A stretch of DNA of 63,745 nt, filler included, from Folioceros fuciformis (taxonomy: Eukaryota), in assembly GCA_049999805.1 (NCBI GenBank). It is 5 parts of 4 records of this genome, joined end to end, with 100 filler letters (N's around TTAATTAATTAA, not from the genome) between each part and the next. Parts side by side here need not be neighbours in the genome. Positions count along the whole stretch, not along the records: positions 26,845 to 52,919 come from JBNGIO010006187.1; positions 53,020 to 56,670 come from JBNGIO010006193.1; positions 56,771 to 60,027 come from JBNGIO010006194.1; 2 more parts are not named here. One strand, 5' to 3'. The translations under genes and the position numbers were made by a program. Below are positions 44,714 to 56,951 of the stretch, piece by piece. Below the pieces are notes generated by a model, which saw nothing but the letters and a program-made list of their open reading frames with translations, was not told where the DNA came from and ran no database searches. The first letter of the stretch is position 1; each line of letters starts with the position of its first letter.

Positions 44714-46865
44714 TTGAAATGGGTAATAACATCACCAAAGCAATTCTTATCAATTGCTATGGCTGAGATCTTCCTGAGTCTACTTACTATGGGATTGGGA
44801 GTTGGCCGTCGATTTGTGAAACATCCAAGTGGAGAGCCTTTGAATCATATTGTAGCAGACAAATCTACTACTGACATTGAAGATGAAAAGGAGAAGGAAA
44901 AGGAAAAAGAAGAGTCTTCTCTTGCTCCTTCCAATGGATTGAGTACATGTGTAGATGAAAGTAAGCCCATTGATGAAGGGCCTACTAAAACGTCAAATGA
45001 AACAAGTAATCAAAATGAATCGAGTTCAGAAGGAGGCAGAATGGGATTATCTATTAGTGTGCAACCAGACAATCAAAGTTTGAGTTGTTGTAAGGTGAAA
45101 GAATCTATAGATGATACGGATCAAGATAAACCCAAACAAATTGGTGGCATCATGATTGCAGTAGCTATTGAAACCACTAGCTCACAACAATTTCAGTCCA
45201 AGCCCTTGTTTCGTAACTTGAATGTTGGAGCTACAAATTCTACTGAATTGAATGAAGTAGAGTGTATACAATGTTATTCTTGTGTCAAACCAGCCACTGA
45301 TGAGGATATTAGAGGTGATAACATGGAATCCTTCAAGGATGTCTTCAATCCTATGAAGAGTCCATCCTTGGTACTAGAAGATGATGGACTTAATGAATGT
45401 GAGGAATGCTTGGAAGATGTGACTGTCCGTAATGAACAAGGTGAAAATGACATGTGTCAATGTAGGTCACAAGAGGCACAAGATCAATGTAGATCATCAA
45501 GAGAAGGTGAAGGTGTGGGTGATCAAGGATGTAGCAATGACTCCCCCATCCTCTTGGAAACTTGTCCTCCACAAGTCAAGGTTCATGCTATCGAAACCAC
45601 TAATGACATCCTTCAAGCTCCACAAAGTAGTGGGTTTGAATCACCTTGCCATGAATTTGAATGTTATAGTAAAGAGTGTGAGTTGCCTGGTGATCGTCGT
45701 GGATCATCAAATGGGTTTGACGAAGCCTTAGAATGCCCTGAACCATGTACATTGATAAGAGACACTTTGATGGGGGACACATTTGGAGCACAAAAAGGAA
45801 ACATCCATAGTTATATCCAAGATGATCAACCCACAGTGATGTATTCCAAGCAAATTTTATATCCTTTCCAAACCATGGTAGCTAACTGTGCTAAGTAAAC
45901 CGAATACATTAATATCTTAAAGATTGGCTTTGTTTTAATCTGTGAATGATCAAAATCTTCATTTACAGTAACAACAACAACAACAACAACAAGGTTGTTC
46001 AACTTAAACTTGGTTTCAAATTGGGTTTTGCAGGGGCAAGCCACAACTTTAGGTGATGGAGTTGGCTCAGACCATGGTTCTCATGGAGGAAGTCATGCAA
46101 GCCTTCGTAGTCATGGATTAACACATGGATCACACGGAGGGTCACATACTGGAAGCCATGCTTCTCATGGTCTTCATGGAAGTAGAGGAATTGTTCAGAA
46201 TCATGAGTTGGAAACTCATGAACATAACGTCCAAGAGAGACATGCACATGTATCTCTTCATGAAGCAGAAACTCTTGTGAAGGGCACTACTTCTCAAGGT
46301 GTTTCTACAGATGATCTTATTGAAACGCAAATGAGGAGGAGGAAACGGCCTCCTCTGCGCAAACCAGGTAGGTACTACTTGCATTCTGTGTGTCAACTTA
46401 AACATCCATGATACATAAATGACACTAATAGTAGCAATAATAATAATAGTAACAATAACAATAGCTCCATTCAATATTACCATTGAACAGGTAGAAAAGT
46501 ACAAGTGCGGGGAAAAAGAATGTACAGTGCGAGACGAAAGGTGAAAAGAAAAGTAACGAGCTATAAAAGAAAGCAAGGCAAACGGAGTCGTACTATACCC
46601 AAGCCTAAGAGTCGTAAGCGGAAGACTAGTACAAGTCGGACATCTTACACTTACAGAAAGCGCATAAAAAATGTAAGATACTTTTAAGTAGTCATGCTAA
46701 AGCACTTTGCATGGTGTGTTAGTTTATGTTAGCATTCATAGAATACTAAGCTCTATTGTCATGTAGGAGGAATCAAAACAAAGGTTTAAGAGAGGTCTCA
46801 TACAACTGGGTGAACCCACAGCATCAGAAGTTGCATTAAGTGAAGAGGCTTCTAGTGCAAGTTAG
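44714..46865 (+). CDS. Probable downstream exons of the H1-like gene, or an adjacent gene: acidic/Cys-rich, His-Gly-Ser-rich and a second Arg/Lys-rich segment
   Basis: A 394-codon open frame, then phase-compatible GT-AG exons: about 44741-45877, 46034-46367, 46491-46672, 46767-46865. The junction to 44293 is not resolved. Confidence 0.5.
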
Positions 46866-49800
46866 ATGAATTATGAATTACATTATATGAATTGTGCTCA
46901 TATGTCATATAAATATTGTGATTAATATAATCATATATTTATGATAATCCTATGATTTTGTTTGTAGAGAGTTTGAAGGCATAGGTTATCCAATGCTTAA
47001 AGGAACAAGCTATGGGAAAGTTCATCACAATTTTGAGTTAATTTTTGAAGTATTTCAAAACTTTCAAATTATGATTATTTTATTAAATAAATATATATTA
47101 AAAACCTTTTATAATAAAAGAAACCTAAAAACTTTGATTGAGATGAATCATGTATGAAAGAAAATTAAAAATAGATTGATAAGCTTAAATAAATGCAGCT
47201 GGTTATGTATAGTCAATGTTTTAGACTAAGAATGTCCAGGTATTTTTAGTACAGATTAAAATAATAATAATAATAATAACAGTATATAATTACATTATAA
47301 ACATATTTAAAAGTTTGTAACAACTAATTGTTACTGAAAATTGGCTTACCATCATCCATAGATGTAGATGTGCTTGTTTCTTGAAGGGCAAAATCAGCCA
47401 TGGCCAGGGAAGACGCCCACCGCAAGGGTGGCATGGCATATAAGGTGCTATAAGTAAGTTCAAGCGGGAACGCATCAGCAACACTCAATCTGATTACTGA
47501 TCCATCCCAAGGTGCGATTGAAGCCCCATCGATGTCGCATGTAGAGCTTGAGAGTCTTTCTTGAAAGAGGACGACATAGGATTCTATTCGATCGATGCAC
47601 CTGATCAAAACCAGAATCATCCATTGATGGAAGTGAGCGTTTGCAAGATTTAAAATAGAGACATTCAAAGAAATACATGGGGTAGAAATCATGCAAATAA
47701 CCCACCAGGACCCTTCTCCTTTTTACGCATCCATCCGAGCATGCAAGAAAGAAAAAACAGACCAAGGTCGATCTGAGGCCTTCCCAGTCAATCAAAGCAG
47801 GAGCTGCTTCCTTCCTAAGGAGTCTGGTCATATACTGCTCGGCCTGAATATCTCTATGCTTCCAGATAATCCTGAGGGCTTTCACAGGATTGTGGAACCC
47901 TCCCAAGTCTATCCATGGATTGCCCATACATCATCTCTTCATTCAATGGCAAATTCCGCTTCACAGGCAGAAGCGATGACCCCTATGGTTTATTTCTGAT
48001 GTTTGTCGAGACAGGACCGAGCATCAGATCGACCACTTTCCTGGTTTCCACTTTCATCCTGCACCAAGTGCGGAAAGTAAATAAGGAAAGCTGGTAAACT
48101 AAATACTTCCAACGGTGTGCCGGCTACACGCCAGGAAGAGGCGCTGAAGGGAACCAATTAGGAACAGTAATCGAGGTGCCGTCGGCTTCAGACAGTAAGT
48201 ATTGTAAGCTGGAATTGGGCAATCACAAAAGCAGACACTCAAGCGGGGGCCTGAACACCGGCTCTCTGCTATTTTCTGGAGTTGCATTTCTAGGTCATTT
48301 CCCCTCCTCTTCAAGATGGAGAAGGCAGAGTCTTCAAAATGGTCAGTGGCTAATCTTCAAATCTTATCTCGGTGTCTCTGTTCACTTCTACTGCAGAGCC
48401 AGCTGCACACTTCCAACCAATCCCGACATGAACGAAAACAGGAGGGGAGAAACTTTCTTGCTCTTGCCACTACCCGGGAATCTGCCATCTCCTTCATAAC
48501 GCAAGGCCCTCTAGGATATCTAATTTGCTGAAACAAATGTCCTTGTAAAATACCATTGGCACAGGCCTCGCATCCTCCGTTCTGTAGTGGTGAATTGAAC
48601 GTGAGACAGTTCCTAAGAAAATGGCTGTCCTACTCTAGGGTCTAAGCTACACTGACACTGGAACATAAAGGACAGTTTCTGTTGCACAATGGGAACAATC
48701 GAAGAGTTCACTGCATAGGCACGGCTTTTACCGTGTCCTTGTATAGAGGCCAGCATATTGTACGACCGGCAAATGACAAACGTAATTTGAGCTGACCACC
48801 ACTGACTTTAGCTACCCTGAACACCGGCTACCTAGTGGCTGTGCAGTGGGGTAACTGAGGGGTAGCTAAACTGTTAGCAACCAGAAATGTGTGACGATAA
48901 TGGAGAGGCGGCTCCCAATCCACATCCCTGTTTCAGTGACGAGGCAGGGTTCATACGTGCAAATCAATGAAACCCACCAGTTCCTAGGCGCAAATAGGTG
49001 GCTGTGGCCAATGCTAGAGCGCAACGCTGTGGAACTTTTACCCACTAAGAGCACTAGTGGAGGGCAGTCCAGCGGTACATGTCAGCATTTGTAGAAAATG
49101 AGGAGGGAAGAAGGGACAAGTTGCTTGCCTGATTGCAGCTTCACACACCCGCATGCAGATCGATGGATTCAAGCGCACATATTGAGCATTGAGTTTTCAT
49201 TCCGTACTCGCAGTGCAAAGCTCGGCCCTCCATGTTCCTGTCGACTTTTGCCGAAATGCCTCAACTTGAATCTATGATCATAGAAATTGATCATTCAAGT
49301 TCTATGAGTCTGAGAGACATAGCACAACTACATTGATGGCCAAGCTTACCGTGGGGAAAAAAAATGTGCACATCTGCTGAAAGAAAATCTGGATTCATGA
49401 AGGCAAAGTGCAAACATGACGACGACACTTACTTGAATCACTTCTCCTGGTGCCAGCGCAAAACGAGTCGCACGATTTCTTCATCAGCCGCTTCCTGCAC
49501 CCCTGCGTCCAAGTGCAGGCACCTGAAGCTCCTTCATGCCGGGAGCCGCCAGCTAGCTACTCGGGAAGAACAGCAGGAGCGAAACAGGGAAAAATCTGGT
49601 TCAGAAGGCGTAGCGAAAGGTGGGGCACACTCCGCGATGAAATCCCGCATCCCGATCACATTCCAGTGTCCGGCTTCCCCTGCTCCGACTCCCTGCATCA
49701 ACTAACCAGCCTGCCCTGCTGTCCTAGCAACAAGACAGGTAGGTGTGTTTGTGTGCAGAACGAGACGCCGCGTGCCGTAAGGGCGGGGCCAGAATGCCAG

Positions 49801-50896
49801 CTGGTGGCCAACTGCAGCCTGGTTGGCCAGATTGGAGAAAGTGATGAGGTTGGGAGGTGGGAGTGGGATGAGGGGAGGGGCCGCCCGAGACCAAGAGCCA
49901 GCGCGAGAGTCGAGACCCCCGCGGCCCACGTCATCCGTGCCCTAGGCTGGCTCCCTGTCTACGTGACGCCATCCTGTGTCCTGTGACGACGATCAGCGGT
50001 GGTGGCGTGATGAGTGTGAGACGAGGAGGTGTGAGTGGCATCTCCGCTCTGCAAGGGGCAGGGGGAAGGAGACGGGGCCAGCCCGGACAGGGGGGCTCTG
50101 GCAAAGCTTCAGCAGCAACAGCAGGAGGCAAGCAAGCAGAAGGTGGCAGAGGCCCGTGGGCAGAGAAGGCCAGCTGCCGCCGCTTCACTCGTGCCGCGCG
50201 CTTCGATGTTGATCCATCTTCCTGCAACTCTGCAGGCTTGGCAGACCTTGCAGACTGGCTGCGGCCAGCCCTCCAAGTACATATCTATCCCCACTCCACA
50301 GCCACAAGCCGCGGCGCACACCAGCCTGCACTGCACCATGAACATATGCGCTGCCCATTTATATACCACTTTTTTAAATGCACGAAACAGGAAAAGACAA
50401 GACAAACGCTGCAAAAGCGATGGGGAAGGCGAATAACCAGAGGTCCGGGGCACAAGGCAAGGCAGTATACTAGTCTAGTACCCCTACATACAATACAATA
50501 TTCTCTCCCGATTCACACACACACACACAAACACAAAAAAAGAACGGTAAAGGTGTAAACTCGGCGCCCGACATGACGTACAGTACAAGTGCTCCAGTTA
50601 ATAGGCCAGCCAATGCAACCCCGGCAAGCGTCAAGCGCAGCGAAGAAGACGTTGCCTCTACTCCAATTTAAATAAAATCCAAACTCCACGTGTCGCCAGC
50701 AGCTTGGCTTAACAGGTGTGTTGCTCCACGCGGTATCGGGGCCGGGATGGCCATGGGACGTTGGTGCCGGGGAGGAGATGCATTGGCGGGCCGGGGCGTA
50801 GCCTTAAAGGCAAAGCCATCTCCAGGGAGGAGGAAATTGGACTGTGACTACCTCAGCGCTGCCGTGTCTTGCAATTCCCTCTTCCTCTTCTTCTTC

Positions 50897-50960
50897 TTCT
50901 TCTTCTTATTGTTCTCCTTCTTCTCATTGTTCTCCTTCTTCTCATTGTTCTCCTGCTTCT
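50897..50960 (+). repeat. 18-bp pyrimidine-rich tandem repeat (about 3 copies) following a CTT microsatellite, probably 5' UTR
   Basis: TTCTTCTCATTGTTCTCC-type units. Confidence 0.75.
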
Positions 50961-51108
50961 TGATCCATCCGCCTCTGCGAACTCTGCATTTGCCTGGCTT
51001 TCGAGAATCCCTCGCAAGCTACCTTCCCTGCGGTGCCTGCTCTTCGTGTGTGTGTTGGTTTGCCAACGTTGAGAAAGGGATTCCAAGCGTATCGACAAAG
51101 CCTTCAGC

Positions 51109-52008
51109 ATGTGGACTCTCTTCGAGGTACGTGGTGATCCTAGCTAGCGCTTTGCCGGTGAGTAGTGTTGGCACGGCGCTGAAGGAGATGATGATGATGA
51201 TGCGCTTTCCAGCCAGGGAATCCGATGGACGGAGTAGAGCAGTCCAGTGGAATTAATGGAGCTTGTGTTGTGTTTCTTGTGGTGTGGCGAGCAGGGAGAC
51301 CGAAATTACTTCTACGGCTCGTCCGCCTACGCGCATCACGGCTACGGCACTCCTCACGCCCCCATCTACGTTGCCGACGCGCCACAGCTCTCGCCTGTAA
51401 GTGTGACCACGTAACGTGGTGACATTGCGGGCCATGATGCTGTAGCGGGAGCGGAGGCGGGGGCGATGGCGAGGAAGCTGGCCCTTCTCCCCCGCTTCCA
51501 CTCCGGCTGCATCATTGGAACGCGCCAGGCCCCTCCTCACATGAGCGCGTTGCCTTGCAGATTGTGGAGCTCAAGGTGGAGATGCGCTCCGAAAGATCCC
51601 GCAAGGTCATCATGCGGAAGCTTGCCAAGTTGAAAGGTACCAAACTGTGTATTACATTAGAAACTGCTGGGGACAGTACGAAAGTTTGTACACGCTCATG
51701 TCTTCCCACTTAAGGGGGAGGGGGGGGCATGGCATCTGCCGAGAAGATCGGGCAATGACATAGCAAGTTGCAAATTGTGTGCAGGTGTGGCAAGTGTTGA
51801 CGTGGATGTATACAACCAGAAGGTGACGGTGACTGGAAACGTGACCCCCGCCGAGGTGTTGAAGAAAGTGAGGAAGACGGGAAGGAAGGCCGACTACTGG
51901 CGTGGTGATACTCTGCATACCTCCTCTCTGCAATATGCCCCAGGCTATTCCTCTGCCGGCTACTCATCTGGCCCAGTGTTTGGGTACTCCCATGTGTTTA
52001 CGAATTAA
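51109..52008 (+). CDS. HMA-fold plant protein lacking the CxxC motif and CaaX box, 4 exons
   Basis: Exons 51109-51126, 51295-51396, 51561-51636, 51785-52008. IVELKVEMRSERSRKVIMRKLAKLKGVASVDVDVYNQKVTVTGNVTPAEVLKKVRKTGRKADYW. Confidence 0.85.
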
Positions 52009-52919
52009 ACTGACCAGAGGCTCCCAAGAATGCCCCGCATTGCATTGCATTGCGTGATGGCTGAGAAGGAAGGGGAAAGTGCTTGGGAGAAGTAGGGCTT
52101 TCTTTCTCAGTACAAAATCTGTACATTACCAGTTGTAAGGTTGTGCAGTAGTAGGAGAGCGTGAGTAGTATGGTATTGAAAGGAGTGAGACACACAGACT
52201 TGGAGAGGGAGAGGGAACGAGTAAGACAGACAGAGACGGAGTTCCGCTGGACAGTACACGTCCAACTGGCTTGGCCTTCCCCATAGCCCCGGGGTGCGGG
52301 CACGGCTGCTGTTGGGCCTAAAATGTGGGTAGATGAATGAAAAATGAAAGAAAAAAAATAAAGAAATGTGTACATACATACATGGTTGGGATGGTGTCGG
52401 GTGCAAATCCGGAAAGTGTGTGGAGGAAGAAAGCCTGGGCGCTTGTACTGTAGCAGCGTGATGAGTGAGAGGGACGAGTGATTATGGCGCCTGTGTATGT
52501 GAAGTAGCGCTGTGTCAGAGATGGATGTGACGGCGAGGGTTGGGGGAGAGACTGCAGAGTGCAGGTGTGACGAAGCGGCGTAGAAGCGTCCAGAAGACGT
52601 AAGATCCCGACTCGAATCGAGTCAAGTCGAGCCGAATCGAGTCGAGTCGAATCGGAGCCAGGTGGGGGCAGGCTGGGCCCGGTGGAGTTTGATGAGTCGA
52701 GCTGGTTCCCGAGAAGATACACATGACATGACTGGATGATGCTGATGAAAGAGCGGCTGGCTGCGCCCTGCCTGGAAGCCCCAGGCCGCCGGCGACGGGC
52801 AGCAGAGTTGGGCAGGTGGCTGCCAGCTTCTGCCAGAACCCCTGCCCGGACCCCTGCCCGGACTCCTGCCCGCCTCCTGCCCCCTGCCCCCTGCCCACCT
52901 GCCCTGTCCAGTCCAGTCC

Positions 52920-53019
52920 NNNNNNNNNNNNNNNNNNNNNNNNNNNNNNNNNNNNNNNNNNNNTTAATTAATTAANNNNNNNNNNNNNNNNNNNNNNNNN
53001 NNNNNNNNNNNNNNNNNNN
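52920..53019. other. Artificial contig spacer
   Basis: N44-TTAATTAATTAA-N44. Confidence 0.95.
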
Positions 53020-53095
53020 TCTGTCTCGTACCACTCAGAAGCTCGGCCTCTACAGCAGAGACTGTCACCTGTTCTGAGCAGCTCAACACCACACC

Positions 53096-53786
53096 ATGTC
53101 GGGTTCCAGGGCTGAGCCTATTGATCTCTCAGAGGCGGCGCCTGAGGTGCAGCCAGTCCTGGACGAGCTGCAGAAGGTGCTAGATGCCTTAAACGCGACG
53201 CCTCTTCCTCCAAAGGCGAAGGAGTCCCCTGGTATGGCTGTTCTCCGTCGCAAGCTTTGCAAGTGCCCTGATGACGCTTCTCTCTATCCGAGGGACTGGA
53301 CGCTGTTGTGATTCCGGAAAAATATCAGCCCAGAGTCTTCACCGTGCCGGTTGGACACCTACACAAGATGCGACAGGTAGTGACAGATGGGGATGGAGCT
53401 AACAACCCTTTGACGCCTGAGGTCTACATCTGCCCTACTACTCTGTCAATACATGGTGACCATGTATTGACAGAGTTGGTGGCACTGGGGCGGACAAGAC
53501 GGCAACTTCATATCATACTACAGTGAGTCCACAGCACAAGTCTGATCTACTGCACACAATTATTGTGGTTTGACCTGCTGTAGGTACTCACTCTAAAAAC
53601 TGTTCAGTGTCCAAGGAAAGGATGGCTGAAGAGGCAGGCATTGACTGGATGGATGAGAATGAAGACACATCTGACGACAACGACCCTGACTTTGATCCTA
53701 ACTTTGTAGGGTTCCAGGGAATGAACAGGGAGGGGAAGTCAAGAGCCCTATCCCCCTCTTCCTCTGATGACTCTGAAGAGGTCTAA
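53096..53786 (+). pseudogene. Antisense accessory ORF of copia D (frameshifted in this assembly), unknown function
   Basis: Pieces MSGSRAEPIDL...KAKESPGMAVLRRKL / PVGHLHKMRQVVTDGDGANNPLTPEVYICPTT / WWHWGGQDGNFISYYS / VSKERMAEEAGIDW + acidic tail. Homologous to 5278-6101. Confidence 0.75.
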
Positions 53787-53931
53787 ACATCCCTGGTGAC
53801 CATCTCACAGGTAGGAAGTTAGTGTCAGATGAATTCCAGCATGCCTAACAGCTGACTCCTCAGACAGACTCTCTTACTTGCTGTGGGACACGTTTGTTAT
53901 GTGGAGGGGTCCTAGGACACCCAAGGACTCC

Positions 53932-56667
53932 TTAAACTGATAGTGGCTTCATCCTAGGTAAGGCTTTCGTAAGCAAATCCGTAGCATTAGCATCAGTCAG
54001 CACATACTCAAGCTTGACTTGTTTTGTCTCAACAGCATGTCGAATGAAGTGATGATGGACTTCAACATGCTTAGTTCTGGCATGAAATACTGGATTTTGT
54101 GCCAAAGCTAACGCTGATTGATTGTCGCAATATATAGTTGTTGGTTCTCGCTGTGGTTGTCCAAGATCTGATAACAATCTTCTCAGCCAAATTGCCTCTT
54201 TAGACGCCTGTGTCAAGGCAGAGTATTCTGCCTCTGTTGACGAGAGAGACACAGTCGTTTGTTTCTTTGAGGACCATGTAACTGCTCCACCAGCTAGAAG
54301 AAAAGCATATGCTGAAACGGACTTCCTCGTATCAGGATCTGCTGCCCAGTCAGCATCGCAGTATCCTATCAGCATAAGCTCCTCTCCTTCAAAGGCTTGT
54401 TTGGAATAATGTATACCATGATCACTCGTGCCCTTCAAATATCGAAGAATCCGCTTAACAGCTGACCAGTGTACCTTTCCTGGATTCTTGAGGTGCTGAG
54501 AGACCATGCTCACTGGGAGAGCTACATCAGGCCTACTATTGTTTGAGTAGTATATGAGTGAACCTACTGCTTGGGCATAGGGAACTGCCTCCATCTCCTG
54601 CTTATCAGCATCAGTCGCTGGAGACTGTGAGCTGGACAACTTGCAACCAGTTTCAAGAGGTGTAATTGCTACCTTAGCTTCCTCGAGCTTATACTTGAAT
54701 AACATATCCAGAATATACTTCTGCTGATGTATTACCAATGTGCCACTTGCAGAGTCACGAGACAGCTGAGTGCCGAGGCAGTAGGACAACTCCCCGACAT
54801 CTACCATTTCAAAGCGACCAGACAGCAGACCTTTAACTCTGGTAATCCCCTCAAGATCAGTGCCTAGGAGTATGCAATCATCTACGTACAAAGCTAGTAT
54901 AACAAAACTTGTTTTGTCTTGCAGGAGATAAACATTCGAATCTGCTGAGCTTTTAAGAAAACCAAGTCCTAGCAGGAACTCATCTATGACTTCATACCAA
55001 GCACGGGGACTCTGCTTCAAGCCGTAGATAGTTTTGAGTAACTGACAGACCCAGTCCTCTTTCCCTTCTACCTCGTACCCCTCAGGCTGTTGCATAAAGA
55101 TATCTTCCTCTAATTTCCCATGGAGAAAGGCGGTCTTAACATCCATCTGGTGGATGAAAAGGCCAAAAAACGCAGACATGGAGACGAGGACACGAAGAGA
55201 CTGAGACTTAACTACAGGGCTAAAAGTATCATGGTAGTCTAAGCCAGGGACTTGAGAGAACCCACGAGCTACTAACCTGGCCTTGTATCTGGAGATAGAG
55301 CCATCCGCCTTATATTTCAACTTGAACACCCACTTCGAGGTGACAATTTTCCTCCCCTGAGGCGGAGGAACTATCTTCCAGGTTTGATTGTGGATCAATG
55401 AGTCATATTCAGACTGGATTGCTGCTTTCCAAAGCTTGGCCTCTGGCCCACTAACAGCCTCTTGATAACTTTGTGGTTCACAACCAGGTTCGAAAGCAAG
55501 GTTAAGGAAATCAACCACCACTCCATCGGCAGCTGAACCAGGAGGTCGAGGGACTTTCCGAAAGTCTTCACTGCTGTAAGGTGCCTCCTTCCAATTCTCA
55601 CGTGTTCTGTGCACTCGAGTAGACCGCCGAAGAGGGGCAGGCTGGGGAATGGGCATCACATATTCGACTGGATCATCTTCGAACCGCTCAGGATGTTGAA
55701 TAACAGGCTGTGGAATAACTGGGGCTGGAGGTTCATCATCGTCTGACTGTACAAGTACAGGAAGCAAGACATCATCGAGATCAGCAGGTGGATCATCTAG
55801 ATGTGTATCATCAGACTGGTCAGGGGGATCACCAAGGGCTTGTGGGGGAGGCACCACAGGTAAAGGGTCAGGAGTTGTAAAGGAAGGATCTGAGTCAGGA
55901 AACGTGGCAGATTCAAAAGCACTAACATCATCCTCTGGCTCGACAGGTTGGTTATCAACTTCTACAACATCAGGATCTGTGAAATCATCAAAGGAATGAG
56001 CTGGCGGCTTAAGAACAGAACGCTCATCGAAAACAACTGTCCTGGCATGTGAAACCTTTTGAGTAACAGGGTCGAACAACTTATAACCATGTATACCCGC
56101 TGTATAGCCAATGAAGATGTGACGTTTCGACTTATAGTCAAACTTGTGGCGAAGCTGATCAGGCACATGAGCATAGGCGGTACTCCCAAACACTCGGAGA
56201 TGTGCCAGATCTGGTTTACACCCAGTCCACACTTCAAAGGGTGTACAGCTGCGAAGAGATGAAACAGCAGAACGATTTTGTAGGTATGTCGCAACTTGCA
56301 CTGCTTCCGCCCAGAATTTAACTGACAGTCTTCCTTGATACAAAAGAGAGCGAGCAGCATCCTGGATGGTCCTGTGACGACGCTCCGCACGTCCATTCAT
56401 ATCAGAGTGATACGGAATGGTGAGTTGTCTAGTTATCCTCCTCTCCTGACAATATTCCTGGAAGGCTAGGGATAAGTACTCCTTGCCATTGTCACTTCTG
56501 ATACAATTCAGCTGATGTCCAGTCTGCCTTTCTGCGTATGCAAGGTACCGCTTGAAGCTGGAGAATACTTCACTCTTGTGGCGTAAAAGCTCTGTCACTG
56601 TGAAGTGTGACTTATCGTCCTCGAACACAACAAAATATTTAGCGCCTCCCCAGGAGGGTACCGACAT
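53932..56667 (-). mobile_element. Ty1/copia element D pol (integrase-RT-RNase H), open for 911 codons, 5'-truncated
   Basis: RSDNGKEY, NGRAERRHRT, QMDVKTAFLHG, YGLKQSPRAW, LYVDD, YCDADW, KHVEV. There is a frameshift in the last few codons. Confidence 0.95.
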
Positions 56668-56670
56668 TGG

Positions 56671-56770
56671 NNNNNNNNNNNNNNNNNNNNNNNNNNNNNN
56701 NNNNNNNNNNNNNNTTAATTAATTAANNNNNNNNNNNNNNNNNNNNNNNNNNNNNNNNNNNNNNNNNNNN
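56671..56770. other. Artificial contig spacer
   Basis: N44-TTAATTAATTAA-N44. Confidence 0.95.
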
Positions 56771-56951
56771 TCAGGTCTTAGAGTTAGGATGTGTACTATT
56801 TATAGTTTGTGTTTATAGATATAGAAATATATATGTATGTTTTGTTCACTACTTAACTGCTACGAAACGCAAACAAACCTAGCTAAAGAAACTTGATTAT
56901 CCTGCAAAGAAACTCGTCAGCCCTAAGCAGGAATCGCCGCCCCTTCAGACT

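Noticed and set aside
50687-50694. ABRE/G-box-like CACGTGTC upstream of the Cys-less HMA gene
   Set aside because: A single short motif cannot be distinguished from chance.
52100-52919. Possible miRNA precursor or gene start with TCGAR and CCTGCCC short repeats
   Set aside because: I found no long foldback and no match to conserved plant miRNAs I could recall. Only low-complexity repeats are evident.
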